DNA of 64,000 bases from an uncultured virus (IMG/VR IMGVR_UViG_3300024251_000006) (IMGVR_UViG_3300024251_000006), one strand, 5' to 3'; shown: positions 35,886 to 47,614, counted from the first letter of the stretch. The notes: generated by a model not told the origin, from the letters alone. Translations and numbers: made by a program.

Positions 35886-36087
35886 ATTTCTTTGCACATT
35901 CCTTACAAACTTCTTTGCGCTCGGTGCAGTAGCCACCCATTTCAGTGCCACGATCATCAACTACACTGCGGAACAGCACTATTTTGGCTTCCATCACTGT
36001 CTTACAATCGGCGCAGCGATCTTCTTGTGGCACTTTCATCGTCCGCATCAAGGCTTCATATTGGTCTTTATTCATGTAGGTGGTCAT
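35875..36087 (-). CDS. Small Cys-rich hypothetical protein
   Basis: CADC...CKEC; RBS lies in the end of the upstream gene. Confidence 0.5.
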   Translation of the reverse strand: MTTYMNKDQYEALMRTMKVPQEDRCADCKTVMEAKIVLFRSVVDDRGTEMGGYCTERKEVCKECAKKYEQ

Positions 36088-36091
36088 CTTA

Positions 36092-37015
36092 TTAAACCTC
36101 CACCTCACGAGCGTCTTTGATCTTGTACAACTTACTGTCATTGAGAGTAGTCTTCCCACTACACACCGGTAGGAAGTCACACTCTCCCCACATACTCATA
36201 CAAGCCGTATTGCTCATCGGCCACGGCTCGGCATCGGCACACTTGGAGTAGAACTCGCATATCTCCCTAATGGCCCAGTCCATCTGCTGGATGAATACCG
36301 GCTGGAAGGCCAACACCTCGTCGGTTACGTCGATGGTCTCAATACGAGGATCGCTTCCGCGGTAGGGCTTGACGATGATTTCGTATTCAATCTTAGTTGG
36401 CTCGGCGTAAGCCTCCGTTATATATCTTAGGTAGAATCCCATCTGTGGTTCACGTAGCAACCTTTTCTTCAGGTCAGATTTCCATACCGGACCTACTGCC
36501 GATGCCGTCTTGGTATCCACCAGTCGACCTTCGGTAGTTAACCGGTCAACAATTCCGTTGCACCATACTTCTATGCCAGCATACTCTCCCCACTCCCACT
36601 CAATGGTGGTCTCATTCATCTCAGGACGATTAGTCAGCGCCTTATCCCCATGATACCCATAGTAGATCGTCGTAATCGGTGCTATCGCATCCTGCAACGC
36701 CGACCACTTACTCTGATCCTTGCTATTGAGTAGCCGGATATCCAGCTCCTGCGCCACCCTCAGCGCTTCATGGAACGATTCCATATACGGCTTACCACTC
36801 CAGTAACCTTCCGCCATCTTGTGGATCACTGAGCCAAAGTGGTAGTGGATGGAAGGCTCGACGGCGGACTTACCCAGGAGATAATGAATACGATGAAGCT
36901 CCTTACAGGTTGACCACTCCTTAAGTTGAGTGGCGTTCACCCGCAGAATGCCCTTCTCCTTGAACTCACGGTAGGACTTGAGAATCTCTTGGTGGATATC
37001 TTGGATCATTTCCAT
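36092..37015 (-). CDS. Cas4/AddB-like PD-(D/E)XK exonuclease with Fe-S cysteines
   Basis: STC..FGSVIH..GIVDR..LVDTKT..QMGFY..ACMSMWGECDFLPVC. Confidence 0.85.
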   Translation of the reverse strand: MEMIQDIHQEILKSYREFKEKGILRVNATQLKEWSTCKELHRIHYLLGKSAVEPSIHYHFGSVIHKMAEGYWSGKPYMESFHEALRVAQELDIRLLNSKDQSKWSALQDAIAPITTIYYGYHGDKALTNRPEMNETTIEWEWGEYAGIEVWCNGIVDRLTTEGRLVDTKTASAVGPVWKSDLKKRLLREPQMGFYLRYITEAYAEPTKIEYEIIVKPYRGSDPRIETIDVTDEVLAFQPVFIQQMDWAIREICEFYSKCADAEPWPMSNTACMSMWGECDFLPVCSGKTTLNDSKLYKIKDAREVEV

Positions 37016-37482
37016 TCCTCAATAAACGCTCCATCCAACTCACATTTGCCAAGGCGAATCACTGCCTCTTCTCCGTAAGCAACGAGAACTGACGGTGCTC
37101 CACTATTGCCTTTGGCAGTCTTGCCGTCTCTAACGAAATGAATCCTCTTAAACAAGAACTTCAGCGCGGTAGCTGTGTCCCATACCGTGTTCTTAAACCA
37201 ACGGGTCTCAGTTCGAGCGAATACTAAGGCGATTCCATTGTTGTGATCAGACATCCGACGCAGCCACCTACCACATTCAGGTCCGTAAGGTGGATTACAC
37301 CATACAAATCCATTCCACGGTCGAGTTAGTCCATTAATCTGTCCCGGCATTGCAGGATCGTCATCGAACGGACCAAGAGCATCAAGAATGTACTGAGGTG
37401 TATGCCACTCATTTGTTTCTCCATGATGCGGTCGCTCATGTCCACCTGCGCTTCTGCCATTACTTCTACCTGCCATCATCAT
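37006..37482 (-). CDS. Phage DNA N6-adenine methyltransferase (Dam-like)
   Basis: EWHTP..DDDPA..WCNPPY..ARTETRWF. Confidence 0.85.
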   Translation of the reverse strand: MMMAGRSNGRSAGGHERPHHGETNEWHTPQYILDALGPFDDDPAMPGQINGLTRPWNGFVWCNPPYGPECGRWLRRMSDHNNGIALVFARTETRWFKNTVWDTATALKFLFKRIHFVRDGKTAKGNSGAPSVLVAYGEEAVIRLGKCELDGAFIEEWK

Positions 37483-37645
37483 TGTCACCAAGAATGTTTT
37501 CAACGGTAAAGATTCCTATGTATGGATCAATACTCTCAATTACCTTGCGGACCTCGTTTTTCTTCTTCCGCAACTTCTCAGTGGTATCTACTTCATCTTC
37601 GTCAATAGTTACAGTAACTTCTAACAGCAATTCCATTACACCTCC

Positions 37646-38062
37646 TCAGTTTATCGTCACCAACACCTGTACGCCTTCCTTGCCCGCCTCGATCCACTGC
37701 TTAGTCACTCCCAAGCTCCACACCATGCAGTCATCGGTGAACAACACTCTCTTCAGGCCATCCTCACAATTTTTAAGTAAGTTCGTACAATCGGGATCCT
37801 GTAAATGCGGATCACCGACTCTCAGCTCCTTACGGCTCTTGGGAATCGGGAAGTAGAAGTCTAGGCTCAACGTTACCCTCCCCGACTGTGGCTTATATCC
37901 CGCTCCTGCCGCTACTACCGCCGACTGAGTCACTGCTTTCCTCCAGGCTACTGCACGTCCTACGTTGTAGATCACGCCAAATTTGGTCTGACGATATTGC
38001 GTTGGCATGGGATGGCCGGGGACGAAGAACTCGAATTTAATCACGCATACCACCGTGTCCAT
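37646..38062 (-). CDS. rusA: RusA-like Holliday junction resolvase
   Basis: PDCTNLLKNCEDGL..FTDDCMV. Confidence 0.8.
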   Translation of the reverse strand: MDTVVCVIKFEFFVPGHPMPTQYRQTKFGVIYNVGRAVAWRKAVTQSAVVAAGAGYKPQSGRVTLSLDFYFPIPKSRKELRVGDPHLQDPDCTNLLKNCEDGLKRVLFTDDCMVWSLGVTKQWIEAGKEGVQVLVTIN

Positions 38063-39019
38063 TCTTCGTATATCGCTATTCCTTCTCCGTAACCCATCTC
38101 ACGGAGCAACTTGCACATCAGATCATCGGCCTCAGAGTGCATGGCTTCATTGTCTCCACCGTGAGTTTCCTCAATAGCGCGAATCTTGTCGGCAAACTCT
38201 TGTGGAGTCATTACCTTCTTACTCATGACAGCGTCTCCACAATTAGAACTCTCTTCCCTGGGCGTACATATATCCTGCACGGCCGTCCCGTCTTATCGTT
38301 AATCCCTTCCAGCAACGCCATGGTCCTCAACACTGACGGTACCCATACCTGCTCTCTCTCAAAGTGATCCTTGATAGCCAGGCAGAACAGCGTGTCCCAT
38401 TCGTCCTCAGAGAGATTGAGGCCAGCCAACGGGTTGTCCGTGGGTCGAGCACGAGAGTTCAGCTGAGGGACTGAACTTTGAGTCGCTGGCTGGCCGGGGT
38501 GCGGGACATCCTTCACGATCCCTTTCGCCTGCGCCACTGTCGTGTTCTTCCGCAAAGAACTGACTAGTGGCTTCTTCATTGCAGACTTCCGGTTACGGGC
38601 TGGGTGTCCCATCTCTTTAGAACGCTTCCTTGAGGATCACTGCGTGCAGTTCAACCTCAATGTCGTCATCAATCTCGTAGTCATCTGAATTGATGATACG
38701 GAGAGAGTCATACATCCCGCTCTCCGCCTCATTGAAACGGATCAGCACGCGCTGTTGCTTATCGGTGAACTGCGATCCCGACTCAATCTTCACTACCTTC
38801 CCTGTCAGCTTCATGATGCCTCCTCATGTACTGGTCCAGATCCTTTGCAAGAAATCGAATTGGGATCTTCGCGTATGAAGATTCCACTCTGTTGTGGTCT
38901 GCTACAAAAGCAGCACGGCTCCGCTGTCTCATCAAGGAATTCTTCCTTAATCCGAACAGGTTCCCGCTCAGGATTCCGTGAATTCCAGCAAGAGATACAA
39001 ATTGCGTGAGTCCACCTAC

Positions 39020-39190
39020 TCATGATGCTTCCTCTGTAGCCATCACCGGCTCTCTATCCCAATACGGACTCTTGCACTTCCCACAACGTACCGGCCTGTG
39101 ATTCGACCTGGGATGCCATTCATGCTTGCAACGCTTGCATCGTAGAGTCGGCAGCCGATACGGTAATGCGCCCTTCTTCTTTGTACTCAT
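39020..39190 (-). CDS. C4 zinc-ribbon protein (putative regulator)
   Basis: CKRCKHEWHPR..PVRCGKCKSPYWD; ATG lies 9 nt after the -10 box. Confidence 0.7.
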   Translation of the reverse strand: MSTKKKGALPYRLPTLRCKRCKHEWHPRSNHRPVRCGKCKSPYWDREPVMATEEAS

Positions 39191-39199
39191 GGTGCACAC

Positions 39200-39228
39200 A
39201 TTGTTGCACACTACGGTGTAGAAGTCAA
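39200..39228 (-). promoter_or_regulatory. Sigma70-type promoter of the recombination/replication operon
   Basis: TTGACT-17nt-AACAAT. Confidence 0.5.
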
Positions 39229-39236
39229 GGTTTATT

Positions 39237-39407
39237 TCAGTCTTTATAACCCTTTGCGACCCACTCATACACTTCTTCGTCGAGATACTCACTCAATGCG
39301 GACAAAACCGATTCAATGTCAGTGTGGATTGAGGTGGACTGTCCGCCTTTGTAATAGATAACGAAACCGTTCTTGGCTTTATCTACTGAGAATTCAAATT
39401 TAAGCAC
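39237..39407 (-). CDS. Small acidic protein (56 aa; not in the ORF track)
   Basis: GGAGG + GTG start; MLKFEFSVDKAKNGFVIYYKGG... Confidence 0.5.
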   Translation of the reverse strand: MLKFEFSVDKAKNGFVIYYKGGQSTSIHTDIESVLSALSEYLDEEVYEWVAKGYKD

Positions 39408-39642
39408 GGGCGCCTCCGAGAAAGCGCCACCCTAGCACCGTTTATTCGTCTGCGCCACAACAAGATGCAGCGGGTTGTAAGCCCACCTAAACACCACTAA
39501 TGGTATTGAATTTCAGCCTTAACGGGCTTGACATCGGGAGTAATATGTAAGGGCGAGATTCGCGGTCTCGCCCGTTGACCAACGGAATCAGGTGGAAGGG
39601 CTGGTTCTCCAAGGCTGGCCCTTCACACTTACTTGGAGCCCT

Positions 39643-40443
39643 ATGACTGACCAGTCTGACCCTATCCAAGATTCACCAACGCAATTCATTATTGAACCGT
39701 TCCTGCCCACCCAGGAGGTTCACCTATTAGCCGGCACATCCGACGCTGGCAAGACTCGATGGCTATTCAGCTGGCTACTCGAGTGGCAGCAGGGCAACGC
39801 GGTAGTAGGCTGCAAGTCCTACCCTGTACCGTGGGTCTACGTGGCCGGCGACCGCACGGAGCGCACGGCTAACCGCACGCTACTGGATATGGGCATAGAT
39901 CCTGAGAAGGTTCCCATCATCCCGGCATTTGGCAAGGACCGGAAGACTAAGCGTCAGCTAATGGAAGCCATAGCCAAGAGCGGAGCCCGCTTCGCCGTCA
40001 TAGAAGCCTTCCAGCGATATATCGAGCCTCCCGGCCTCTCCTACCAAGTAACGGCGTTCCTGGACGAAATGAGCTGCTATACCGAGGTATCCAAGGACTT
40101 CCCTGAAGGTCTGACCATCCTAGGCGTGGTCGAATCTCCCAAGCTAAAACCACAGGAACGCTATCAGGATGCCCGCCAGCGCGTCTCCGGCGTCTCCGCA
40201 TGGGGCTATTACAGTTCTACCGTGCTTCTCATCGAGCGTAAGGATCCTACCGCGGCCGACGATCCCAGGCGCATTCTGTACGTCTGCCCCAAGGCCGGAA
40301 GGCGAATGGAAATAGAAGGTTCCTTCAGTGAGAATGGGATACTCAATTTTAATCGAAAAACCACCGAAATCGACCTATCCAAAATAGCCTCTAAGTCTTT
40401 TAGTTTCAGTGAGAGGTGTATTAGGAAGGGTCGCGTACAATGA
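39643..40443 (+). CDS. AAA_25/RepA-like P-loop helicase domain protein
   Basis: FIIEPFLP..VHLLAGTSDAGKT Walker A; SGVSAW motif. Confidence 0.75.
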   Translation: MTDQSDPIQDSPTQFIIEPFLPTQEVHLLAGTSDAGKTRWLFSWLLEWQQGNAVVGCKSYPVPWVYVAGDRTERTANRTLLDMGIDPEKVPIIPAFGKDRKTKRQLMEAIAKSGARFAVIEAFQRYIEPPGLSYQVTAFLDEMSCYTEVSKDFPEGLTILGVVESPKLKPQERYQDARQRVSGVSAWGYYSSTVLLIERKDPTAADDPRRILYVCPKAGRRMEIEGSFSENGILNFNRKTTEIDLSKIASKSFSFSERCIRKGRVQ

Positions 40444-40505
40444 CCGTCCCGTAGTGTCTTCTTAAAATACTACTATTACACCTCTCACCGAATCTAAAGG
40501 ACTTA
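40392..40505. repeat. 33-bp imperfect inverted repeat in an AT-rich region (origin candidate)
   Basis: 40392-40424 matches the reverse complement of 40473-40505 at 29/33 positions. Confidence 0.7.
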
Positions 40506-40610
40506 AAGTTTCGTGTTTTCAATAGGTTAAAAATCTTAAAGTATTACTTTATGAGGGAACAAAAAGCGAACTAAGTCTTCGCTTTTTCTTCAGAGTACTA
40601 GTATGGGGAA

Positions 40611-43600
40611 TCAATTCCGTTTGGAATTGAATGCCGTGCGGGATTCTTTATCTAGTTCAAGGAACTTCTTTGTGAACTCTTGTGCCGAGGTTGCGGGGTG
40701 GAGGTAGAGGTCGGGATCGCAATTACACTCTCCTCCGTTGTAGATAAGGCACCAGTCGTCATGCCGTACTTCAAGATTTGCAACCCCGGGTGAGATCTTA
40801 AGAAGCCTGAGCTTCAACAGGTAATTGTGCATGGTCTCTCCTCTAAGGAAATTTTGGTAATTAACGCCCATGTTAATTCGTATTCCACGGTATTGCATCG
40901 CTATTCGAGCTCTGCTTATTCTGCCGCCCATGATGGAGCCCTCATTCCGCGAGTTCACCACACCCTTGGATAATGCCCGGGTGTCCTACCTCATCAGCGA
41001 GGAGATCGCCTCGTGCGTCATGGAGCTGATCCGGCTGGAACACCAGGAACGAGACTATACAGCCATGCTGGAGCGCAAGGCGGAGCTGGAACAACGGATT
41101 GCCTATCTGCAGGGGATGGAAGCCAAACTTTAACCCTCGTCGTTTACCGCCCGGGCCACTTCGTCGTGGTTGCTGCTAGCCTGAGTAACGTCAATAATCC
41201 GCCAAATCGTAAAGTCATAGCCTCTGGCCTCATGGCCTCCATAGAAGTTCATTATGGCGTGGTGCGCCGTCTTGCCGCGGACGTAGGCCATTTCGTCGTG
41301 GACTGAACTGCCACCAGAAGCATTCCACGGTCGGATAGTGATATTCCAAGTTGGTGGCTTCATGCGCGTATCACCCGGCACCCTTCCCCCCAAGCCCAGC
41401 GGTCCCGCCACGCCGTAGCCTGCGCTCGGCTCTTGAACCAGCAAGGCCAGACTATCTCGCGGTGCGGTCCGGTAATCCAAAACCTGTTCATATCTCCTCC
41501 AGTAAACTCTTTGGGTGGCGAGCAGCCATAACAACCGCAGGTGTGTACTCGGCTTGCGCCTTTTCTCTCGCCCGCGACATTCCGTGCCGTTATGCTCCAG
41601 TACTTTGGCTTAGGAGCGTCCCAAACTCTTTTGTTCCCTGTCTGCACGACGCAACATTGCAAAGTAATGCAGCCCGCACAATTTCTCTCCGTTCCTGAGT
41701 CGCCATCTAGCTTTCAGCGAGCAACTAGAAACGTCTGGGCGATACGACATGCTCGCCTCACATGGCACATTTCCCTTAATCGGCTTAGCGGGAATGAATC
41801 TTTGCATCATCGCAGCCCAACTATCCAGAATCGCTTCATGGTGTCTCCGATCATGGCTTCCTCGTGGCGTAGGTAATTACAGAATGAATCTCTTCTGGTG
41901 CGGCCCTTCCAAGGCCAACCATCCAGCAGCGTGAACAGGTTTCTTCTTTACCGTCGCTAGACTCGCACTCCGAAAGAACGCAGTCATAGCTCTTTTGGCA
42001 GCATGGGCAGAAATGCTTGTGGTAGTAAATCTTGTCGCTCATCGGCTTCTCCAGTAGCGGTGCTGGCTAAAGTTAATCTTGAATCCGATTGTAGGTAACG
42101 GGAAAAAGTACAGCACTCGCCGTTCTTTATCCCAATAGAACCCTACCCACAAGTCGTACCAAGCGAAAATTGGCTTAATGCTCATGGCTTAGGCTCCTGC
42201 GGCGGCTCGACGGCGGCAAGAGCGCGAATGGTCGCTAGAAATGCTGTCCTGACTTCTTGCGTCGTCATGCCACCAATCCAGATGTTCGTAAGCTCCTGCC
42301 CCGCCTTCTCAGCCATAGACCGCTCCCCGCCGATGAATCCAACCTTGATTCCTTCGCGTAATCCCTCATCGTGTGCTTTGGCTAGTGCGTCTTGTGCCTC
42401 CGGTGGCTGGCTGGCCTGGGTAGCTAGGGCTGCTTCATCTAGCTGGTCAAGCAATGCATACAGGTCTTTCCAGAACTGACTGTCCTTGTAAGCTGAATCG
42501 GCAATATCTCTTTTCCGTAGTTTCGCTACCAGCTGCCGTACCTGCTGGCTGGCGGTTGGCTCTTGAGGGCGGGCGGCGTCGGTTGTTAGGCCATTCAAAT
42601 ACAGCGCAGCGCACCATGCGCGCCACGCCAGAATCATCTGCCCGTCCAATGTAGTTACCTGCTCGAAGTTGCTTGGATTGCTGCGCCAATACCAATCGAA
42701 TGCGGATGATGGCTTAGCTTCTTTCTTAATTATCATTAGAAATCTCCTTCACAAGCCTGTTCTCGCTTTGTCTCTGCAATTGCTTTGTAATACTTCCTCC
42801 AAATCTCCAAATCCTGCGGACTAGCTTTAGAGAAATTTTTGAATTTAACGCATCCGCAAAAACACCACGGTTTGTGCTGACAGCGGAAGTCGCCACAGGT
42901 ACAAATATCTGATGGATGTTCCGGGCTTTTACTCATAGCTCCTCTCCTCGAACAGTCCAATGGCATGCTCAATGGCATCCTGAATCACTTGTGCCAACTC
43001 AGCGATAGCTTCTGGCGTACCACGAGGCAGGAAATACCTTGCCAGTTCTTCACACTTTTCATCGTAGCTATATTTCGTTTCGCTCATTTCGTGCTCCTCT
43101 TCCCTCGCGCTGGACCGGCTTCACGGGCGGGTGGTAGCACATGCTTGTAAATTTCCTGCGACATTGAGACTCTTCCTTGAACGAAAACTTTCCCTAGCAG
43201 ATGAGCCAAGTCATCAGTAGCGCAAATCGCGCAGAAATGTCCGTTCCAATGCATACAGTACTGAAGCTTGTGTGCGTCTACGAATTGTTCCGCTAATTCG
43301 TTTAGAACAGCCATTGGTGTAGCTATCAGAAACTTCTTCCCCTTACTTCCCATCCCGATCCTCCAGTGTGGCCAGCGCATCGTCCCAAGCTCGAATGTAT
43401 CGGTTGTCACTTTGGCTGCAATCGGGGTCTAGTGCCATCTCGTCCCGCATCGCCTGCCCAGCGCGAAGCAGTGGGCCCAACTCTCGATTCATTATCCCCA
43501 CCGCGAACTCCCGATAATCCGTGTCATTAGCGCGAGGATTCTGCTTGGCGAACTGAGTGCCTTCGCGCTGAATCATTAGGCCCACATGCTCCAGCAGCTT

Positions 43601-44850
43601 ACCTATCCGGTCAGTCATCGCTCCACCCACCAGCGGATCACCTTGACCGCTACCACCACTAGCACCACCGCCCATTCCCATAGCTCAGTCATGACTTCAC
43701 CACCTTCGTACACCCACAACGCCAAGCCCGCCAGCCAATATCGGGATCAGGCACATCCTTCTCATACTCGCAGCCGTATTCGGCCTCATGCAGGCTTACC
43801 GGATGGTCACAATGCTCGCAGATTTCCTCATCTTCGCCCATATCATGCCGCCTTTCCACAACCGCAATCCCATTCCCGCTCCAGATCCGTTGCCCGGTAC
43901 GCACACGGCTGCTGTACGCATGGCCGGAGATGAAAACACTTGCAACAGGCGTGGGCATGCATCTTAGGCCTGTTCAGGAGTCCCCAAGTACGTTCCAGCA
44001 TCAACTGTAAAGGGTCATTAAACGCATTCCCAGTGCTCTGCAAGCCACGATCGCCTTCTGGTTGACCTTGGACATCATCCACAGGGAGATCGCCCGTCTG
44101 AGCCGTCCTAGCGGCATCCGTAGCATGATCCTCAAGCCACCCAGCCATGTTTAGTTCTCCCATGACGTTATTCCTTCCCCTTGTGCACGCGCATATGCTC
44201 CTTGCACTCGTCGTTCCCATACCGCCATGTCGTCATCCCTGTGCGGCATATACACCCTCGCATCTTCACTATCCACATCCGCCAGCAGGTCTGCCAGGTC
44301 ATGCTCAATCGCCTGATACGCCCGTATTGAGCCTCCGTATCTCATATCCGCCCCTCAGCCTTGGCGATCGCCGTACTCGCTTGGGCATCGGCCACCATCA
44401 ACGAATAGTGTTTCCTAACGTCTAGTTTTATGGTGCTGTGAAGCCTCTCTTGCAGGTCACGCAATGCTTGCAACAGCTCTTTCTCAATCGTACTCATGGT
44501 TGCCTCCTTAAACCGTCAAATCATCCTTTTACGTTGTAAAGCTCAAACCTTAAAGCTCTTGAACCTCTATTCCGACAATTCCCGTACATCCCTCTTGACT
44601 ACCCACAACAGAATTCCCAGCCCAGCCAGTCCTGCCAGCGTGACTAGCAACGTACTCATAGGCGTGGCCCTTCCGCCTTCGCTATTGCCGCATTAGCTAT
44701 TTTCCAGACTGGATCATCCATCGCATCAGGTGTGGCGTACATGGTTTCGATGGTTGCCCGGATGTCCTTCAATGCCAATAGTTCTGGCGATTGATCTTGA
44801 CCACATTTCGGGCAAGGTTCGTATTCCGCTAAATCATCCTCATGCCCCTG
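40611..44850 (-). other. Array of short, often Cys/His-rich early hypothetical ORFs
   Basis: Densely overlapping 50-180 aa minus-strand ORFs with GGAG RBSs; individual boundaries are uncertain. Confidence 0.55.
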
Positions 44851-44900
44851 TCCTGCGGCTTTTACTTGCACTACTCGCTCACTATTGCATACCTTGCAAG

Positions 44901-45494
44901 TCATGACCTTGCCTCCTTCCGAATCACCAACAACCCAAGCAGTCCTACCAGTACCATCGCCCACACTGCCGGCTCAGGCGTAGGTACCACCGGCTGTTCC
45001 CCAAAGTTGACTACAGTCGTATCAAATCCCCCCGTAAGCCGCGGATCAATCGCAATGGTGCTCTGCAGCCACACGATACTAAATTCAGTATGGTCCTTGG
45101 TTATCTCAGTAGGCCCACCCGGCCACACATACAGGCTAATCGCCCGGAGGACGCTCTCAATACTCAACGTGAGGCTACCGTCCAGCCATTCTTTCCCCCA
45201 CGTCTGGTTCTGTGCTTGGATCAAGTTTCCCGCAAGCTGTACGTCTACGCCACCAGCCAACGGTAGCACCGTGCCCTGATCCAATTCCGACGCTACAAAC
45301 GACACGTTTATACTGTCTGCCTTGCTCTCCGGCGCCAGCAATGCCATGCCTAAAAGGAGCAGTACTAGGCCTACGAACCACACCAGCGCTTTGCCTAGTT
45401 CAGCTGCCCACACTTTAGCCGGAACTGCCGGCCATAGTCTCGCCTGCTCATCCAGCCACACTTCGGTTAACGCTACTTCCCTTGTGATCCTCAT
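44901..45494 (-). CDS. PEP-CTERM sorting-domain surface protein
   Basis: Hydrophobic leader ending SKA-DSI; C-terminal TPEPAVWAMVLVGLLGLLVIRK. Confidence 0.8.
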   Translation of the reverse strand: MRITREVALTEVWLDEQARLWPAVPAKVWAAELGKALVWFVGLVLLLLGMALLAPESKADSINVSFVASELDQGTVLPLAGGVDVQLAGNLIQAQNQTWGKEWLDGSLTLSIESVLRAISLYVWPGGPTEITKDHTEFSIVWLQSTIAIDPRLTGGFDTTVVNFGEQPVVPTPEPAVWAMVLVGLLGLLVIRKEARS

Positions 45495-45694
45495 TGTTCT
45501 TTCCTTTCCGTCGAAAGCCACTCTTCTGAACCCTGAAACCTTCCCTGACATCCCGCGTCAATATACACACTCTTGTCGTGATTCAATTCGATCAACTCGG
45601 CGATAGTCTGCCGCTGCCTGTAATCTACATAGATCAGCAGCATGATCCCCAAGAGCATGACAATGGCAATTCCCTGTCTCATGATCCTGCCTCC

Positions 45695-46087
45695 TTATAC
45701 TCCAAACCAGAATTGCCGCGCATACTCCAACAATGTTGCCTCATCCTCATCGCTTAGTCGCGCCACTGTCCACGGCTTGAACCAGTCCTGATACTCAAAC
45801 TTTGCGTTTATTACCTGTCCGCGCTCATCCAATTCGCCCACGATGCGCGAGGCAGGACCGCCGGTACTAAGTAAGATGCGGTACTCGCTCGGAAACGCAT
45901 CAGCAACGTCTCCTGGAGCGTACCAGTCTGAGCGTACTTCCACACTCAATGCGCCTTCGCTCGCAATGCGCTCGCGCTCTTCTTCGCCTGCTGCTAATTC
46001 TTCGCGCATACTCGAAATAGAGTGCTTTGCGTGTTCGTCCGTTAATTGCTGAAAGTCCAGTTCTTTCACTGCCAGTTGCTTTGCCAT
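45695..46087 (-). CDS. Acidic phage-type hypothetical protein
   Basis: GGAGG RBS; YRILLSTGGPA..QDWFKPW. Confidence 0.6.
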   Translation of the reverse strand: MAKQLAVKELDFQQLTDEHAKHSISSMREELAAGEEERERIASEGALSVEVRSDWYAPGDVADAFPSEYRILLSTGGPASRIVGELDERGQVINAKFEYQDWFKPWTVARLSDEDEATLLEYARQFWFGV

Positions 46088-47067
46088 ATTGCCTCCGTGT
46101 TTATCGTCGTGTCCCGACGTAGCCCCTTCCCGGCGAGCTTGCCGTATTACCAACTACTACGCTGCTACTGCCAATTCCCGTGTCGCTACCATGCCATAAT
46201 TCGTTGGCGTCCTCTTATCATTCCTCCGGTATATCGCATACAGTTTCGCCGGATCGTCAATCGCCATAAGCAGGCGAAACGCTTCCATCTCGCATGCCTC
46301 TTTTAGCTCTGCGTACGGTTGGCGACCTAGCACTTCAATCGCCGCTTCCGCCTTGCGTACATCCTCTTGATACTTGGCACTCCCATTCGACTTGCTAGTG
46401 CGAACTGGAATTGCCATACCGCAGTGTGGACAGTTCATTAGTTTGCCTCCTAGTGAAAGTGTGTCCCATCCCAGCCATTCCCCGCCGCTGGTGCGGTACT
46501 ACTTGGATAAAACCTTAAGAATCTCTCGAAAATATGCCGCATCCTCTAGCCACATTTCACGTTGTTGTCCACTCTTTTCTTTAGCTAATCGAATGCAATT
46601 CTCGTAACGTTCCAACACCCATTCATCTAGCGGCAAGAGTCTGTTCCGTGTAGCCCAATATAGTTCTGCTAATTCCTCGGGACTCTCACCGCTCATTGCG
46701 CTTTACCTGCCATTCCCATGCGTCCCTATATCCTTCCATGTATGAATCCGCACAATCGGTTTCGCATGTATTAGGACAAGTTTCTTGTTTCGCGTTACCA
46801 TCTAGCGCGTCCAATCTACCGGCCTCGCGTCCCATACGGCGGTAAGAATCTAGGCGAATGGAGCGCAATTCTGCTTTAGTGAACTGTTTTCCTTGTGTTC
46901 CTACGATTCTTGCCATTACAACCTCGCCAATGAGAGAATGTACGTCAACGCCACACCTATCGCCACAAATCCCACCACCGTACATACCAGCCTACTAAGT
47001 AGAGTTAACATGGTTGCCTCCGTTGTATTCAGTGTGCACTACAGTGCATACCGTGTCAAGAGAAAAG

Positions 47068-47565
47068 TTAAACTCTCACCCACAAAAGATAAGGCCACTT
47101 ATACTCAATCGGCGCATGCCGTCCTTCGGCATTCAATCTAGCGTGTTCTTCGCGCCACTGTGCCAATTCAGGCCATGCTGCCATCTGTGCTTTGGTAGCA
47201 GGACGTACACGCGCAGGGGCACCGTGGTCAGTAGCATCCCACCAATATGTATAGGTCAACTCTTCGGTGATCTTGTGCGTACTCTTCGGACCACCAGCGC
47301 GGTTAATGGCCTGTGCTTCAGCGTAGACGTTCTCACCTACAGCTTTCAGTTCATAGCGCACACCGTCGATCTTGGCGTTGCGCGTGGGCCTCACACCGTC
47401 CGCCGTCCGCATGCAACCGTGATTCTTTCCGCCACAAGAGCAGCGGCAAACATCTTCCCGCGCTTCCCAACATGCCTCACCGCAAGTGGCCTCAGACAAG
47501 AATGCGATAATCGGCGATATGCCGGCCGCTATCTTGCGCTGGATAGGATTCATAGGCGTGTCCAT
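47068..47565 (-). CDS. Cys-cluster hypothetical protein (first early gene)
   Basis: CGEACWEAREDVCRCSCGGKNHG; GAGGG RBS. Confidence 0.6.
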   Translation of the reverse strand: MDTPMNPIQRKIAAGISPIIAFLSEATCGEACWEAREDVCRCSCGGKNHGCMRTADGVRPTRNAKIDGVRYELKAVGENVYAEAQAINRAGGPKSTHKITEELTYTYWWDATDHGAPARVRPATKAQMAAWPELAQWREEHARLNAEGRHAPIEYKWPYLLWVRV

Positions 47566-47584
47566 ATTACCCTCACTAGTGTCC

Positions 47585-47614
47585 ACTATACGGGCACACA
47601 AGAATACTTGTCAA
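47585..47614 (-). promoter_or_regulatory. Near-consensus early sigma70-type promoter
   Basis: TTGACA-18nt-TATAGT. Confidence 0.7.
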
